40,333 bases of DNA from Macrostomum lignano. Lineage: Eukaryota. The position numbers were made by a program, and so were the translations under genes. Below, in pieces: positions 1-26,030 of this stretch. The stretch is taken from assembly GCA_002269645.1 (NCBI GenBank), contig NIVC01002032.1:114404-154736 (forward strand). The letters run 5' to 3'. The notes beneath the pieces are model-generated. The model ran no database searches, was not told the origin of the DNA, and saw only the letters and a program-made list of their open reading frames with translations. Positions within the stretch are counted from its first letter, which is position 1, and the number at the start of each line of letters is the position of its first letter.

Positions 1-70
1 CCCCTGACAAAACATAAAAAAACAAAAGAAGACTATATGTGAAAACGGAAAACAAAGATATTTACATATA

Positions 71-76
71 TTTATT
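71..76 (-). terminator. Polyadenylation signal AATAAA of the minus-strand gene
   Basis: TTTATT on + at 71-76, about 115 nt downstream of the predicted stop, in AT-rich sequence. Confidence 0.5.
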
Positions 77-190
77 GCGAATTTCAGTATGACAGTTTAA
101 AGCAGGAGAAATTACACTATATTTCGCACGCAAGCATTCAGCTACATCGATATGCCAAGCGAAATGCAGTCCCTATCGATCCGATCTGAT

Positions 191-3100
191 TCATCTGTCC
201 CCAGACGCGATCCGATTGGCCCGGGCGAACAGCTTTGCGCTCTCCAACGTCAGCGGCCAAGGCAGGCCCTTGCCAGCAGCCAGTCCTCCAGCGGCCACCT
301 TCTCGGCCAGATCTGTCGCCGAAGCCAGCTGTTTCTTAGGAAATTCCAGACCGGATTCTTTGTGCACTCGAAGCAGGTCGGAGTAGCGGCTGGACAGGGC
401 TCGCCTGGCCTCGGTCTGCCGAGGCTTTTGTGCTGCGAAAGTCGCGAGTTCGATTTCTGCACGCCGTTTTTCTTCTTCGAAATCGTCGTCTCGTATTCTT
501 CATCTGACGCTGGAATATTATCTAATTTATATCGGCTAGAATCGGTATCCATGGCAACCGTGGAGGTTGATGGCTGCTGCGACACTCTTTGCAGCTGAAT
601 GTGAATCATCTGCAAAATTATAAAATGTGACAAAATGCAATTTGTACAAAGTTAAACAGTTTTATCTATTAATAATTTGAAAGGCCATCAAAATCAGTCT
701 AACAGTCTAACAGCATTACAATCTACCAAAACTGACAGTCAAACAGCATGACAATCTACCAAAACTGACAGTCAAACAGCATGACAATCTACCAAAACTG
801 ACAGTCAAACAGCCTGACAATCTTCCAAAACTGACAGTCAAACAGCCTGACAATCTTCCAAAACTGACAGTCAAACAGCATGACAATCTACCAAAACTGA
901 CAGTCAAACAGCATGACAATCTACCAAAACTGACAGTCAAACAGCATGACAATCTACCAAAACTGACAGTCAAACAGCATGACAATCTACCAAAACTGAC
1001 AGTCAAACAGCATGACAATCTACCAAAACTGACAGTCAAACAGCATGACAATCTACCAAAACTGACAGTCAAACAGCATGACAATCTACCAAAACTGACA
1101 GTCAAACAGCATGACAATCTACCAAAACTGACAGTCAAACAGCATGACAATCTACCAAAACTGACAGTCAAACAGCATGACAATCTACCAAAACTGACAG
1201 TCAAACAGCATGACAATCTACCAAAACTGACAGTCAAACAGCATGACAATCTACCAAAACTGACAGTCAAACAGCCTGACAATCTTCCAAAACTGACAGT
1301 CAAACAGCATGACAATCTACCAAAACTGACAGTCAAACAGCATGACAATCTACCAAAACTGACAGTTAAATAGCATAACAATCCACCAAAATCTGACAGT
1401 CTAACAGCATGACAATCTTCCAAAATCTGACAGTCAAACAGCATAACAATCCACCAAAATCTGACAGTCTAACAGCATGACAATCTACCAAAATCTCACA
1501 ATCTAACAGCATGACAATCTTCCAGAATCTGACAGTCAAACTGCATAACAATCCACCAAAATCTCACAATCCAACAGCATGACAATCTACCAAAATCTCA
1601 TAGTCTAACAGCATGACAATCTACCAAAATCTCACAATCTAACAGCATGACAATCTACCAAAATCTCAGTCTAACAGTATGACAATCTACCATAATGTTA
1701 TTCTGAGTATGACAATCTACCATAATGTTATTCTGAGCATGACAATCTACCATAATGTTATTCTGAGCATGACAATCTACCATAATGTTATTCTGAGTAT
1801 GACAATCTACCATAATGTTATTCTGAGCATGACAATCTACCATAATGTTATTCTGAGCATGACAATCTACCATAATGTTATTCTGAGCATGACAATCTAC
1901 CATAATGTTATTCTGAGCATGACAATCTACCATAATGTTATTCTGAGCATGACAATCTACCATAATGTTATTCTGAGCATGACAATCTACAATAAAAGCC
2001 TGACTCACCTGCTTCTGACCCGAACTAGCACTGGTCACCGGGATGCAATAAGTGGACACCGGTGGTTGCGACTGCTGCTGCTGTTGAAGCGATTTAATAG
2101 GCGTCGTAGACGAGGACAGGATTCGAGCTCCGGACTGTCGCACTAAGCCGGTGATGCCGTCAAGCGACATCTGGCTGCACTCGGAGCCAGCCGGAGAGGC
2201 CGAGGCCACGGAGATCAAACGTTTAGTTGAAGCCGACGTCAAGGCGGGGCCAGTCACACTTTTAGCAATTATTGGTTCAGTCGATGAGGCCGATGGCGAA
2301 GTTGCTGGGCTCTGGCCAATCAAAGAATAGAAAGTTTCGATGCTTTATTGTATTTATTTTAATAGTACAACCAGAGGACTTTGGCACTTAGATTTCGGGT
2401 GTTATAAAGATTTAGGATATCAACCCAATGAAAACGGTACCTAGTTTGAGAAGCCCCCCCCTCCCACCGTCGTTTTAGAGTCTTTACAAGGAACACAAGT
2501 AAAGTAAGAAGTCACTCTAAACGACTCTAAAACGACGAGATGTACAAACCGCCTGAGAGTCAATTTGAGGTGTTGAGTCGCTGTAATTCACTTCATGAAT
2601 TAGAATAGCATTTCGCAATTATAACGCATTTAGTCTACTGTCTACTTAGTCAGTAAAAAGTTAAGTGCCAACAAAGCGACTTTTTCGCGGCTTTTTTTTT
2701 ACGATTCTGCAACTCGCGTGATGCGCTCGTGACTCGACAGTTGCCTCTCAGAGTCGCATTACAGTCGTTTGAGTCGCTAAAAGGTCACGAGAGTCGCCCG
2801 AAAGTCTCTAGAATCTCTAGGGAGTTGATTGCAAGGACCATTCAGCGATTCTTGTCATGAACGGGCAAACTCTCTATGATTAAGAGTCTATTTTGTAATT
2901 GGATCTGAAGCTACTCTACAATTGGTACATTTGTTTGGATCTACGAGTATTAGGGATGCTTTTGAATTTGCGATCAAACGATACTATAAAAACTTAGGTG
3001 CGTTTGGGTGCACATGACCTGTTCTATAAGGACTGGGGGGGGATCTCAAGGGGGTTGCAGCCTAGTGGTTAGAGTAGGGGTCGGTAAACTTCGGCCAGCG

Positions 3101-4088
3101 GACCACTGCGGCCCACTATCAGCCTCTCTATCCGGCCATCCGGTCCTTTGAAACTTCACAATTACAATCCGGCCCGCTCCAGGTTAGTCTCTTCTCTCTC
3201 TCTACTCTCATCTTCCCTCTCCTCTCTTTTCTTTCCCCTCCTCACTCTCCTCTTCTCCCTTCCTCCTCTCTTTTTTCTCCCCTCCTCTCTTCCCTCCCCT
3301 CCCCTCTCCCCCCACTCTCCTCTCTCCTCCTCTCTGCCCTCCTTTCTCCTCCTCTCTGCCCTCCTTTCTCCTCCTCTCTGCCCTCCTTTCTCCTCCTCTC
3401 TGCCCTCCTTTATCCTCCTCTCTGCCCTCCTTTCTCCTCCTCTCTCCCCTCCCCTTTCCTTCTCTCTCCCCTCCCCTCTCCTCCTTTCTCTTCTCCTCTC
3501 TCCTCCTTTCTCTTCTCCTCTCTCCTCTCTCCCCTCCTCTATACTCCCCCCTCCTTCCTCTCTCTTTTCGTCCCAAATCTCCTCTCTTCTCTCTCTGGCC
3601 CGCTGTGCACTCTGAGCACTAGATTCTATATCTAGTCCCAAAGTAAAAAGGTTTCTTAAAAAGTAAAAACTCTAACCTAGTGGTTAGAGCGTCAGATTTG
3701 ACTTGAAGGTTGGGGTTCTATTCCCGATCCCACTCGGAACAATTTGTGTCCTTGAGCAAGACACTTAAATCTGCATTGCTTCAGTTTATCCACCTGTAAA
3801 TTGTGTACCAGCAATAGTTATGTGTATCGAGGGTGTGTGTGTGTGACGACCCCTCATTACATACTCACCGCAGCTGCCACTGCAGCTTCTTGTCGCCTAG
3901 CAACAAAAGCGACAGTCAACTCGGCAAACATTCGCCGCTCACGCCGATTAAGCAACGAATCTGTCTCCTTTTCGAACTGGGCCAACAGTTGGCGCAGGGT
4001 TAGCAGTTGCAAATCGACGTGCGAATATTTCGACATGAAGTCAAGGAATAGAAGTACTTGTTCGCGAAGATCGGTACCCATTGGTGTG
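191..4088 (-). CDS. Unidentified protein, 3' three exons (3869-4088, 2009-2311, 191-609); 5' exons not located; apparent 1-bp frameshift at about 490
   Basis: Splice sites join in phase. Acceptor TTCTAAG|4088; donor GCG|GTGAGT at 3869; acceptor TTGGCCAG|2311; donor CAG|GTGAGT at 2009; acceptor TTTTGCAG|609. Translation: TPMGTDLREQVLLFLDFMSKYSHVDLQLLTLRQLLAQFEKETDSLLNRRERRMF...SPATSPS...MIHIQLQ...SDEEY[E]DDDFEEEKRRAEIELATFAAQKPRQTEARRALSSRYSDLLRVHKESGLEFPKKQL...ANRIASGDR*, with TGA at 193-191. Family not recognised. Confidence 0.65.
697..1680. repeat. Intronic minisatellite, 33-bp unit (ACAGCATGACAATCTACCAAAACTGACAGTCAA), drifting to 34-bp variants after about 1370
   Basis: Direct reading; explains the CCLTVSFGRLS repeat ORF. 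Confidence 0.95.
1678..1990. repeat. Intronic minisatellite, 30-bp unit (GACAATCTACCATAATGTTATTCTGAGCAT), about 10 copies
   Basis: Direct reading; shares the core CATGACAATCTACCA with the adjacent 33-bp array. Confidence 0.95.
3075..3180 (+). mobile_element. hAT (Charlie-like) transposon end fragment
   Basis: TAGGGGTCGGTAAACTTCGGCCAGCGGACCACTGCGGCCC resembles the CAGGGGTCGGCAAACT...GCGGGCC...GCGGCCC termini of Charlie-type hATs; CCGGCCCGC motif at about 3169-3177. No matching right TIR found. Confidence 0.55.
3187..3595. repeat. Polypyrimidine (CT-rich) low-complexity tract
   Basis: Almost exclusively C/T on +. Confidence 0.9.
3676..3815 (+). mobile_element. tRNA-derived SINE with a CORE/Meta-like central domain (head duplicated at 3052-3074)
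   Basis: A-box-like TAGTGGTTAGAGCG and B-box-like GGTTCTATTCCC, then TGTGTCCTTGAGCAAGACACTTAA...CTCAGTTT...CTGTAAA-like sequence, similar to conserved SINE central domains. Confidence 0.7.
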
Positions 4089-4155
4089 CTTAGAATTGGT
4101 TAATATCAGCAGAAACATAAGTTTTATAGGTGTAATCTATGAGACCCTTAATTTA

Positions 4156-5140
4156 CGAGGGGTGTCCAAAAAGTAGTGATACTTTTAACTGTAGCTCTCG
4201 TTCTATAGCTTCCTGTGATTTAAAATTTTATGAACTGATAGCGGCAAATCTCTTCTACAGACTGCTTTTTGAATTTTTAAAATTGATACCAGAGAACAAA
4301 AGTTATACCCACAAAAGTAACAGTACCTGTACCAGAGAGTTACACAAACTGTATCAAAATTTATGATAGTCGACTTCTGCACTTATTCATTAAGAAGGCA
4401 TCGATAAATGTCTTGTTTAAGCAATACCAAAGCCCAATTGCAAAATTATGTTCACTGTGACTGACTGAAATTTGTCTATGGCCAGAATCATGCATAGAAA
4501 AATAAAGCATTAAATTCATTACTTTACTTGCAAACAGAGGAGCTTGCATTTTGCAACTGATTTCATTGCCTGTACTCAATAACACACATGGATGTGCACT
4601 CAGTTGTTGCTCAGCAAAGTACTATCTTCACTCTTTGGGGTGCTGGCCATAGTGCCTCAGAAATTCACGCAAAACTTTGCTCTGCGCATGGATCCTCTGT
4701 GGTCAGCAAAATGACAGTTTATCGATGGATGGAGCAGTTCAGCGAGGGAAGGACTGACTTGGCAGATCAGCATCAGACGGGGCGGCTATAAGTTCATCGA
4801 CCTGATGTACTGGGGGACTCCATTCTGAATCTTCTTGACGAGGACTCCCGAATGACCATTAGAGAGATCGCTAACAGGTTGGACAAACCGAAATCAACAA
4901 TTCATCAAAGCTTACTCGGCATGGATCTCGTGAAGCTCAGCCTATAATTTGTGTAACTCTCTGGTACAGGTACTGTTACTTTCATGGGTATAACTTTTGT
5001 TTTCTGGTATCAATTTTAAAAATTAAAAAAGCAGTCTGTAGAAGAGATTTGCCGCTATCAGTTCATAAAATTTTAAATCACAGGAAGCTATAGAACAAGA
5101 GCTACAGTTAAAAGTATCACTACTTTTTGGACACCCCTCG
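4156..5140 (+). mobile_element. Internally deleted mariner (Tc1/mariner; Hsmar2/irritans-like termini), 985 bp, TA target duplication
   Basis: TA|CGAGGGGTGTCCAAAAAGT...ACTTTTTGGACACCCCTCG|TA. Inverted arms 4156-4348 and 4948-5140; transposase N-terminus inside. Confidence 0.93.
4588..4947 (+). pseudogene. Mariner transposase N-terminal fragment (two HTH domains) with an in-frame stop; catalytic domain missing
   Basis: SASEIHAKLCSAHGSSVVSKMTVYRWMEQFSEGRTDLADQHQTGRL*VHRPDVLGDSILNLLDEDSRMTIREIANRLDKPKSTIHQSLLGMDLVKLS matches the mariner DNA-binding region and ends just before the WVPHEL linker. Confidence 0.9.
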
Positions 5141-7627
5141 TACTTCGACTAAAATCAAATTGCCACAATCAGGTTAAAAATAAATAATTTGAAATTACTA
5201 TTGGAATAACTGATGTTTGTGAGAAAATATTTGTAGAATTTTAGAAAAAAGTAAATTTAGTATTTACCCAGTCATCTATCTAATGGCCTAGTATCATTGC
5301 TGTGGTCCAGATGAGAAAAGAGATCAGAGGAGAGATAAGAGGAGGGGGAGAATTAGAGGTTGGATGGGATTGAAATCATTGGGTGGGATTGGGATTAATC
5401 TTTTTCTTGGGATCATGATCAAGATTTGGGAATCAGGGTTAGGTCTTTACTAGTGTACTGTAGTTTGTAGGTCATATAGAGTTGAACAAAATTGAACCAA
5501 CAACATCAAGATCAAAAGCCAAAGGTGAAAAATGATAGAATAGATACAAAGTTTTATAACCAACAACAAAATAACACTTAGAAATTACTAAATCTACAAA
5601 TTTTGAATCAAAAGACCTGTTCCTAATTCCTTTTTAGGGTTGGGACTAGCAATCTTTGCCACCTGATAGGGGACATCTGGATAGAATCTTTGTTCTTTAC
5701 AAGTAACAAATAGACAACAAAAAAACAATAGACATTTCCTAACTAACCTCTAGGAAGAAGAGAAAAAAGAAAGAAAAGGGGAGAAAGAAAACAAAGGAAA
5801 CAAATGATAAGCTAGTCAAATTGTTGTTTTGAAGTTTTATAAAAGACTGAAGGGCAAGATAGAGAGGCTTTATGGGCCACATATGGCCTATATGACAAAG
5901 TTTATCATTCCTTAAACTATGTAGTCAGTATTTAGCATGAATGAAATCAGTTGGCATGCTTATGTGCAAACAATATATCTAAAATTTTCAAACTTGAACT
6001 ATATAAAAGCTAGCTTATAACTAATATAATGCTTAAAAACCAATACTAATAGCCATTGGTATAGTACTTTATACTTCAAAGATATCTTTATTAAAGTTTA
6101 AGTAGGCCTATACTAGACCTATTTAGAATTAACTAACTTATACTTATTTATCTATTTTAGAATAATATTTATGGGCCTATATAGCAAATTTGTAGATATA
6201 GGCCAAATATAAATTTGAAAATTTATTTGTTAATAGGGCACTACTTTTTGACTAATAAATATACTACTGTTATAGTTTTATACTTGCTATAGTGATCTAA
6301 TACAACACTAGTAAAATTTTAAATAGGGATTCCAATCCTATTCATTATAAGCCTAAAATTGGATTGTCTGCATTATCTATTTTATAAAATATATAGCCAA
6401 TAAGAAATGTTTAGCCTTTAGGTATACAAAACAGACAATCACAAAAATACTCACATTAGGGTCTAGTGTCTAGCTTGGATTAGGCCTACACCCTTTAGCA
6501 ATGAATAAAAACATTTTTTATTTTTATTGACAAGCTTTTGGCTATCCTGATTGTATAGGCCTAATTTAGTTAATATAATATTTTTAGTAAAAAGAAAGCT
6601 AGGCCCTATAATATAATTATAAAACCTAAGTATTATAAAACCCAAAAAGGCATCTATAGGAATTGTTTTAGTAAGCTTACAAAATTGTAGTTTTGGGAAA
6701 GCAAGCTTTTTTGTGCTTCAGCTTAATGAAACTGTCTAAAAGACTCAAGCTTGTCTGGACGACACTAAATATATGCAAGGCCTAAAAAAAATTTTTTTAA
6801 GGCCAAGGCCTAACTTTTTTACTAGGCCAGGTGATCAGAGTAGGCCCAGCCTAGGCCTATCTAACTAACCTAATAGGTAAATACACGATAGGCCTAATAT
6901 AACTAACTAATAGGTGTTAAAATAAAAAACGTGTTTTGTAACTTTTTGACTACTTGACCAATGTCACGGGTCAAATGATAACGAATGTTCAAACGTCAAG
7001 AGTAAGATGTGCTTTTTACTCGAGCAAGTGAAATTTATCAAAAAATTAAAACCAAAAGTAACTTGAAAATCACAAAGCACAAAGGATAAAGCGAAAGGTA
7101 TGCAAATCAACCATAAGTTTTCCATCCTTCCTTAACAGTTACTGTATCTATGTAGGCTTGATATTCGACTGATAGTGATATGATATAGTATAGGGCCTAT
7201 TTGCTGCGAAATGCACGTTGTAGCTTTTTCTATTACGTGAAAGAACTGTACATAGAAAATAAATCCGTTCAGTAAAGTTTAACAAATATATAATTTTTAT
7301 ATTAAATTAGTAAAAAGAAAAATATTATTCAGTTGCAATGTTTTACCAATTAAATAATTAAATAAATAAAAAGCTTTTACACAGATAAACTATACTTTTA
7401 TTTGTAGATATTATCAATAAAGATTATTCAACAAGAACTGGAAAATATTAATAAGATTTCATCCGACGCTGGTGTCCTGAAGACTGAAGCGTAAAATTCA
7501 GCAGGATTCTGGTGCTGAAAGACACGCAAGTTGGATTCTGTTTGACTTCTGTTTGACTGTTAGACTTTGTTTCTTGTACTGTTATGGATTCGTAAACATT
7601 TTATAACCGATTCGAAATATGTTTCAA

Positions 7628-7867
7628 TGTTTCAATGACAATAGTCAAAACAGAACAAACTTGACACAAAGTTCTGCCTGGTTCATTATAAAATTAAATT
7701 TTATAAATAAAGTGTCTAAATCTTTGCAAAATATCCTGATTTATAGCTGTCGCAAACATTTAAATTTTTTATGAGGATGGCATGCGGCTAGATTTACGGG
7801 AGTGTTTCAATGACAATAGTCAAAACAGAACAAACTTGACACAAAGTTCTGCCTGGTTCATTATAAA
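7628..7867. repeat. Exact 65-bp direct repeat (7628-7692 and 7803-7867)
   Basis: TGTTTCAATGACAATAGTCAAAACAGAACAAACTTGACACAAAGTTCTGCCTGGTTCATTATAAA occurs twice. Confidence 0.9.
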
Positions 7868-8514
7868 TTTTATTAGGCAGTTACAACTAAAAAGCAACGC
7901 AATATTAGGTTCGTTGCAATATATGTCAATTTCAAAATAACAGTAACACTGAAATAGTCCAGTATGGTATTGCTATAGCATAGGAAACAAGAAGTGCTTC
8001 TCGTTTTTAAATGCAGGTTAATGCATTGAAATCATGAATACACTTTTCGTCGTTAATGAAACCTAGAAATGCATGGAAGACTAAATAAAAAAACAAGCTT
8101 ATTTGGGCAAATTTGTAGTCAAGAAATTTTGAATCATTCTTGTTTGGTCACAAATGATCCGAGATGTATATAATTTTATTCATAATAATAGTATGATAAT
8201 AGTAATGATAATATCCTATCATTTATATTATTTCAGTCAAGTAATGAAGTACTTTCTATAGCAAGTTAGATTGTAATATGAATATGAAATGATCTTTAGT
8301 AGAGTCTGTTGGTTGATTTATATGCTCGTAGACTATAAGTATTTAAATAGCTTAGACTATACATACTTACTGGGGCGCAAATGGAGTAAAAGCTGAGTAA
8401 TTATGGGAATTCCGGGTAACTACTAGTGAAGGACTTTTCTTTAGTGAATACGATTATTGTTATAATTACTGGTAATCACTAATGCTTAAATTCATTCATT
8501 TCAGCCTTTGTCAA

Positions 8515-23240
<14,726 letters not shown>

Positions 23241-23637
23241 AGCTAAATATCCCCCCCCCCCTATGCTGAAGCCTTCTAGCAACCGTATACAATCATTACA
23301 GTAACGTATTTCCAAGCCTTAATATTTATGTAAACATGTTGAATTGTGTAAGTTGATTTCTACGAGATATGTTTTTATCTACAGCTGAATACAAACTTAG
23401 AGCATATTGATATTTTCTTCTTCTCCTCTATTAAAGATCTCTACTTAGAACAGAATACCTGCTTCATTGTGACTTTTTAAATCTAACTGTGATATTTTTA
23501 CTTGCGTCAAGTTTAAAAAAAACTATTTTCATTTATTAAAGATACAGGTTGGCCTCTTTTCTCATTTGTCTAATCTCATTTGCTACTGGACTTTAATTTA
23601 AGTTACAACTATGTGTTTGTAAGCTACCGCCATCCCT

Positions 23638-24480
23638 TTGACTTCAGAAAGCCACCCTAATCTGACTTCAGAAAGCCACCCTAATCAGACTTCAGTAAGC
23701 CACCCTAATCTGACTTCAGTAAGCCACCCTGACTTCAGTAAGCCACCCTAATCTGACTTCAGTAAGCCACCCTAATCTGACTTCAATAAGCCATCCTAAT
23801 CAGACTTCAGTAGGCCACCCTAATCAGACTTCAGTAAGCCACCCTAATCAGACTTCAGTAAGCCACCCTAATCAGACTTCAGTAGGCCACCCTAATCAGA
23901 CTTCAGTAGGCCACCCTAATCAGACTTCAGTAAGCCACCCTAATCAGACTTCAGTAGGCCACCCTAATCAGACTTCAGTAAGCCACCCTAATCTGACTTC
24001 AGTAAGTCACCCCGCTTGACTTCAGTAGGCGACCCCCTGACTTCAGTAAGCCACCCCCTAACTTCAGTAAGCCACCCTAATCAGACTTCAGTAAGCCACC
24101 CTAATCAGACTTCAGTAGGCCACCCTAATCAGACTTCAGTAGGCCACCCTAATCAGACTTCAGTAAGCCACCCTAATCAGACTTCAGTAGGCCACCCTAA
24201 TCAGACTTCAGTAAGCCACCCTAATCTGACTTCAGTAAGTCACCCCGCTTGACTTCAGTAGGCCACCCCCTGACTTCAGTAAGCCACCCCCTGACTTCAG
24301 TAAGCCACCCTAATCAGACTTCAGTAAGCCACCCTAATCAGACTTCAGTAGGCCACCCTAATCAGACTTCAGTAGGCCACCCTAATCAGACTTCAGTAAG
24401 CCACCCTAATCAGACTTCAGTAGGCCACCCTAATCAGACTTCAGTAAGCCACCCCCTGACTTCAGTAGGCCACCCCTGAC
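23638..24480. repeat. 24-bp minisatellite (GACTTCAGTAAGCCACCCTAATCA) with a 233-bp higher-order duplication
   Basis: Direct reading; ORFs 24016 and 24249 are near-identical. Confidence 0.95.
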
Positions 24481-24844
24481 ATTAATTATCTCAAGCCATG
24501 CTTGTTGGTTTTCACTTTTGCACTATTAGTATATGTAGCTTGCTCACTGACCTTCTCTGTTACTTTCACATGATATATACAGATATATATAGCTATATAC
24601 AGATATTTTGTAGCAGTCTATCAGCTGATAAAGCTAATTGGTTTTCTGACGATAGAAATAGTTTTTTTCGTGTCGATTCTTTATTATTTCTTTGCTAATG
24701 TTGCTGCACACTTCAGACACTACTTACAGTAGCTGAATTGCGGCACAGATATGAATCTTTATATCTAAATATTTACTAAAATTATATTTTGACTACAAAT
24801 TACTGGATTTTTAATGAATTGCTGGTACCCCTAGATCTTTATTA

Positions 24845-26030
24845 CGGCGCCCCTAGACACTTTGATTCCGGCGCCCCTAGACACCTTGATTCCGGCGCCC
24901 CTAGACACTTTGATTCCGGCGCCCCTAGACACTTTGATTCCGGCGCCCCTAGACACTTTGATTCCGGCGCCCCTAGACACTTTGATTCCGGCGCCCCTAG
25001 ACACTTTGATTCTGGCGCCCCTAGACACTTTGATTCTGGCGCCCCTAGACACTTTGATTCCGGCGCCCCTAGACACTTTGATTCCGGCGCCCCTAGACAC
25101 TTTGATTCCGCGGCGCCCCTAGACACTTTGATTCCGGCGCCCCTAGACACTTTGATTCCGCGGCGCCCCTAGACACTTTGATTCCGGCGCCCCTAGACAC
25201 TTTGATTCTGGCGCCCCTAGACACTTTGATTCCAGCGCCCATAGATACTTTGATTCCGGCGCCCCCAGACACACCTTGATTCCGGCGCCCATAGAGACAC
25301 ACCTTGATTCCGGCGCCCATAGAGACACACCTTGATTCCGGCGCCCATAGAGACACACCTTGATTCCGGCGCCCATAGAGACACACCTTGATTCCGGCGC
25401 CCATAGAGACACACCTTGATTCCGGCGCCCATAGAGACACACCTTGATTCCGGCGCCCATAGAGACACACCTTGATTCCGGCGCCCATAGAGACACACCT
25501 TGATTCCGGCGCCCATAGAGACACACCTTGATTCCGGCGCCCATAGACACTTTGATTCCGGTGCCCCTAGAGGCCTAGACACACCTTGATTCCGGCGCCT
25601 CTAGACACACCTTGATTCCGGCGCCTCTAGACACACCTTGATTCCGGCGCCTCTAGACACACCTTGATTCCGGCGCCTCTAGACACACCTTGATTCCGGC
25701 GCCCTTAGACACTTTGATTCCGGTGCCCCTAGAGGCCTAGACACACCTTGATTCCGGCGCCTCTAGACACACCTTGATTCCGGCGCCTCTAGACACACCT
25801 TGATTCCGGCGCCTCTAGACACACCTTGATTCCGGCGCCTCTAGACACACCTTGATTCCGGCGCCCATAGACACTTTGATTCCGGTGCCCCTAGAGGCCT
25901 AGACACACCTTGATTCCGGCGCCTCTAGACACACCTTGATTCCGGCGCCCCTGACACCTTTGTTAAGGCGCCCGTTGACACACCTTGATTCCGGCGCCCC
26001 TTGACACACCTTGATTCCGGCGCCTCTAGA
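24845..26030. repeat. Composite 24/28/26-bp minisatellite with a GATTCCGGCGCC core
   Basis: Direct reading; 162-bp higher-order period at 25561, 25723 and 25885. Confidence 0.95.

Noticed and set aside
152-598. Plus-strand 148-aa ORF
   Set aside because: Antisense shadow of the minus-strand terminal exon.
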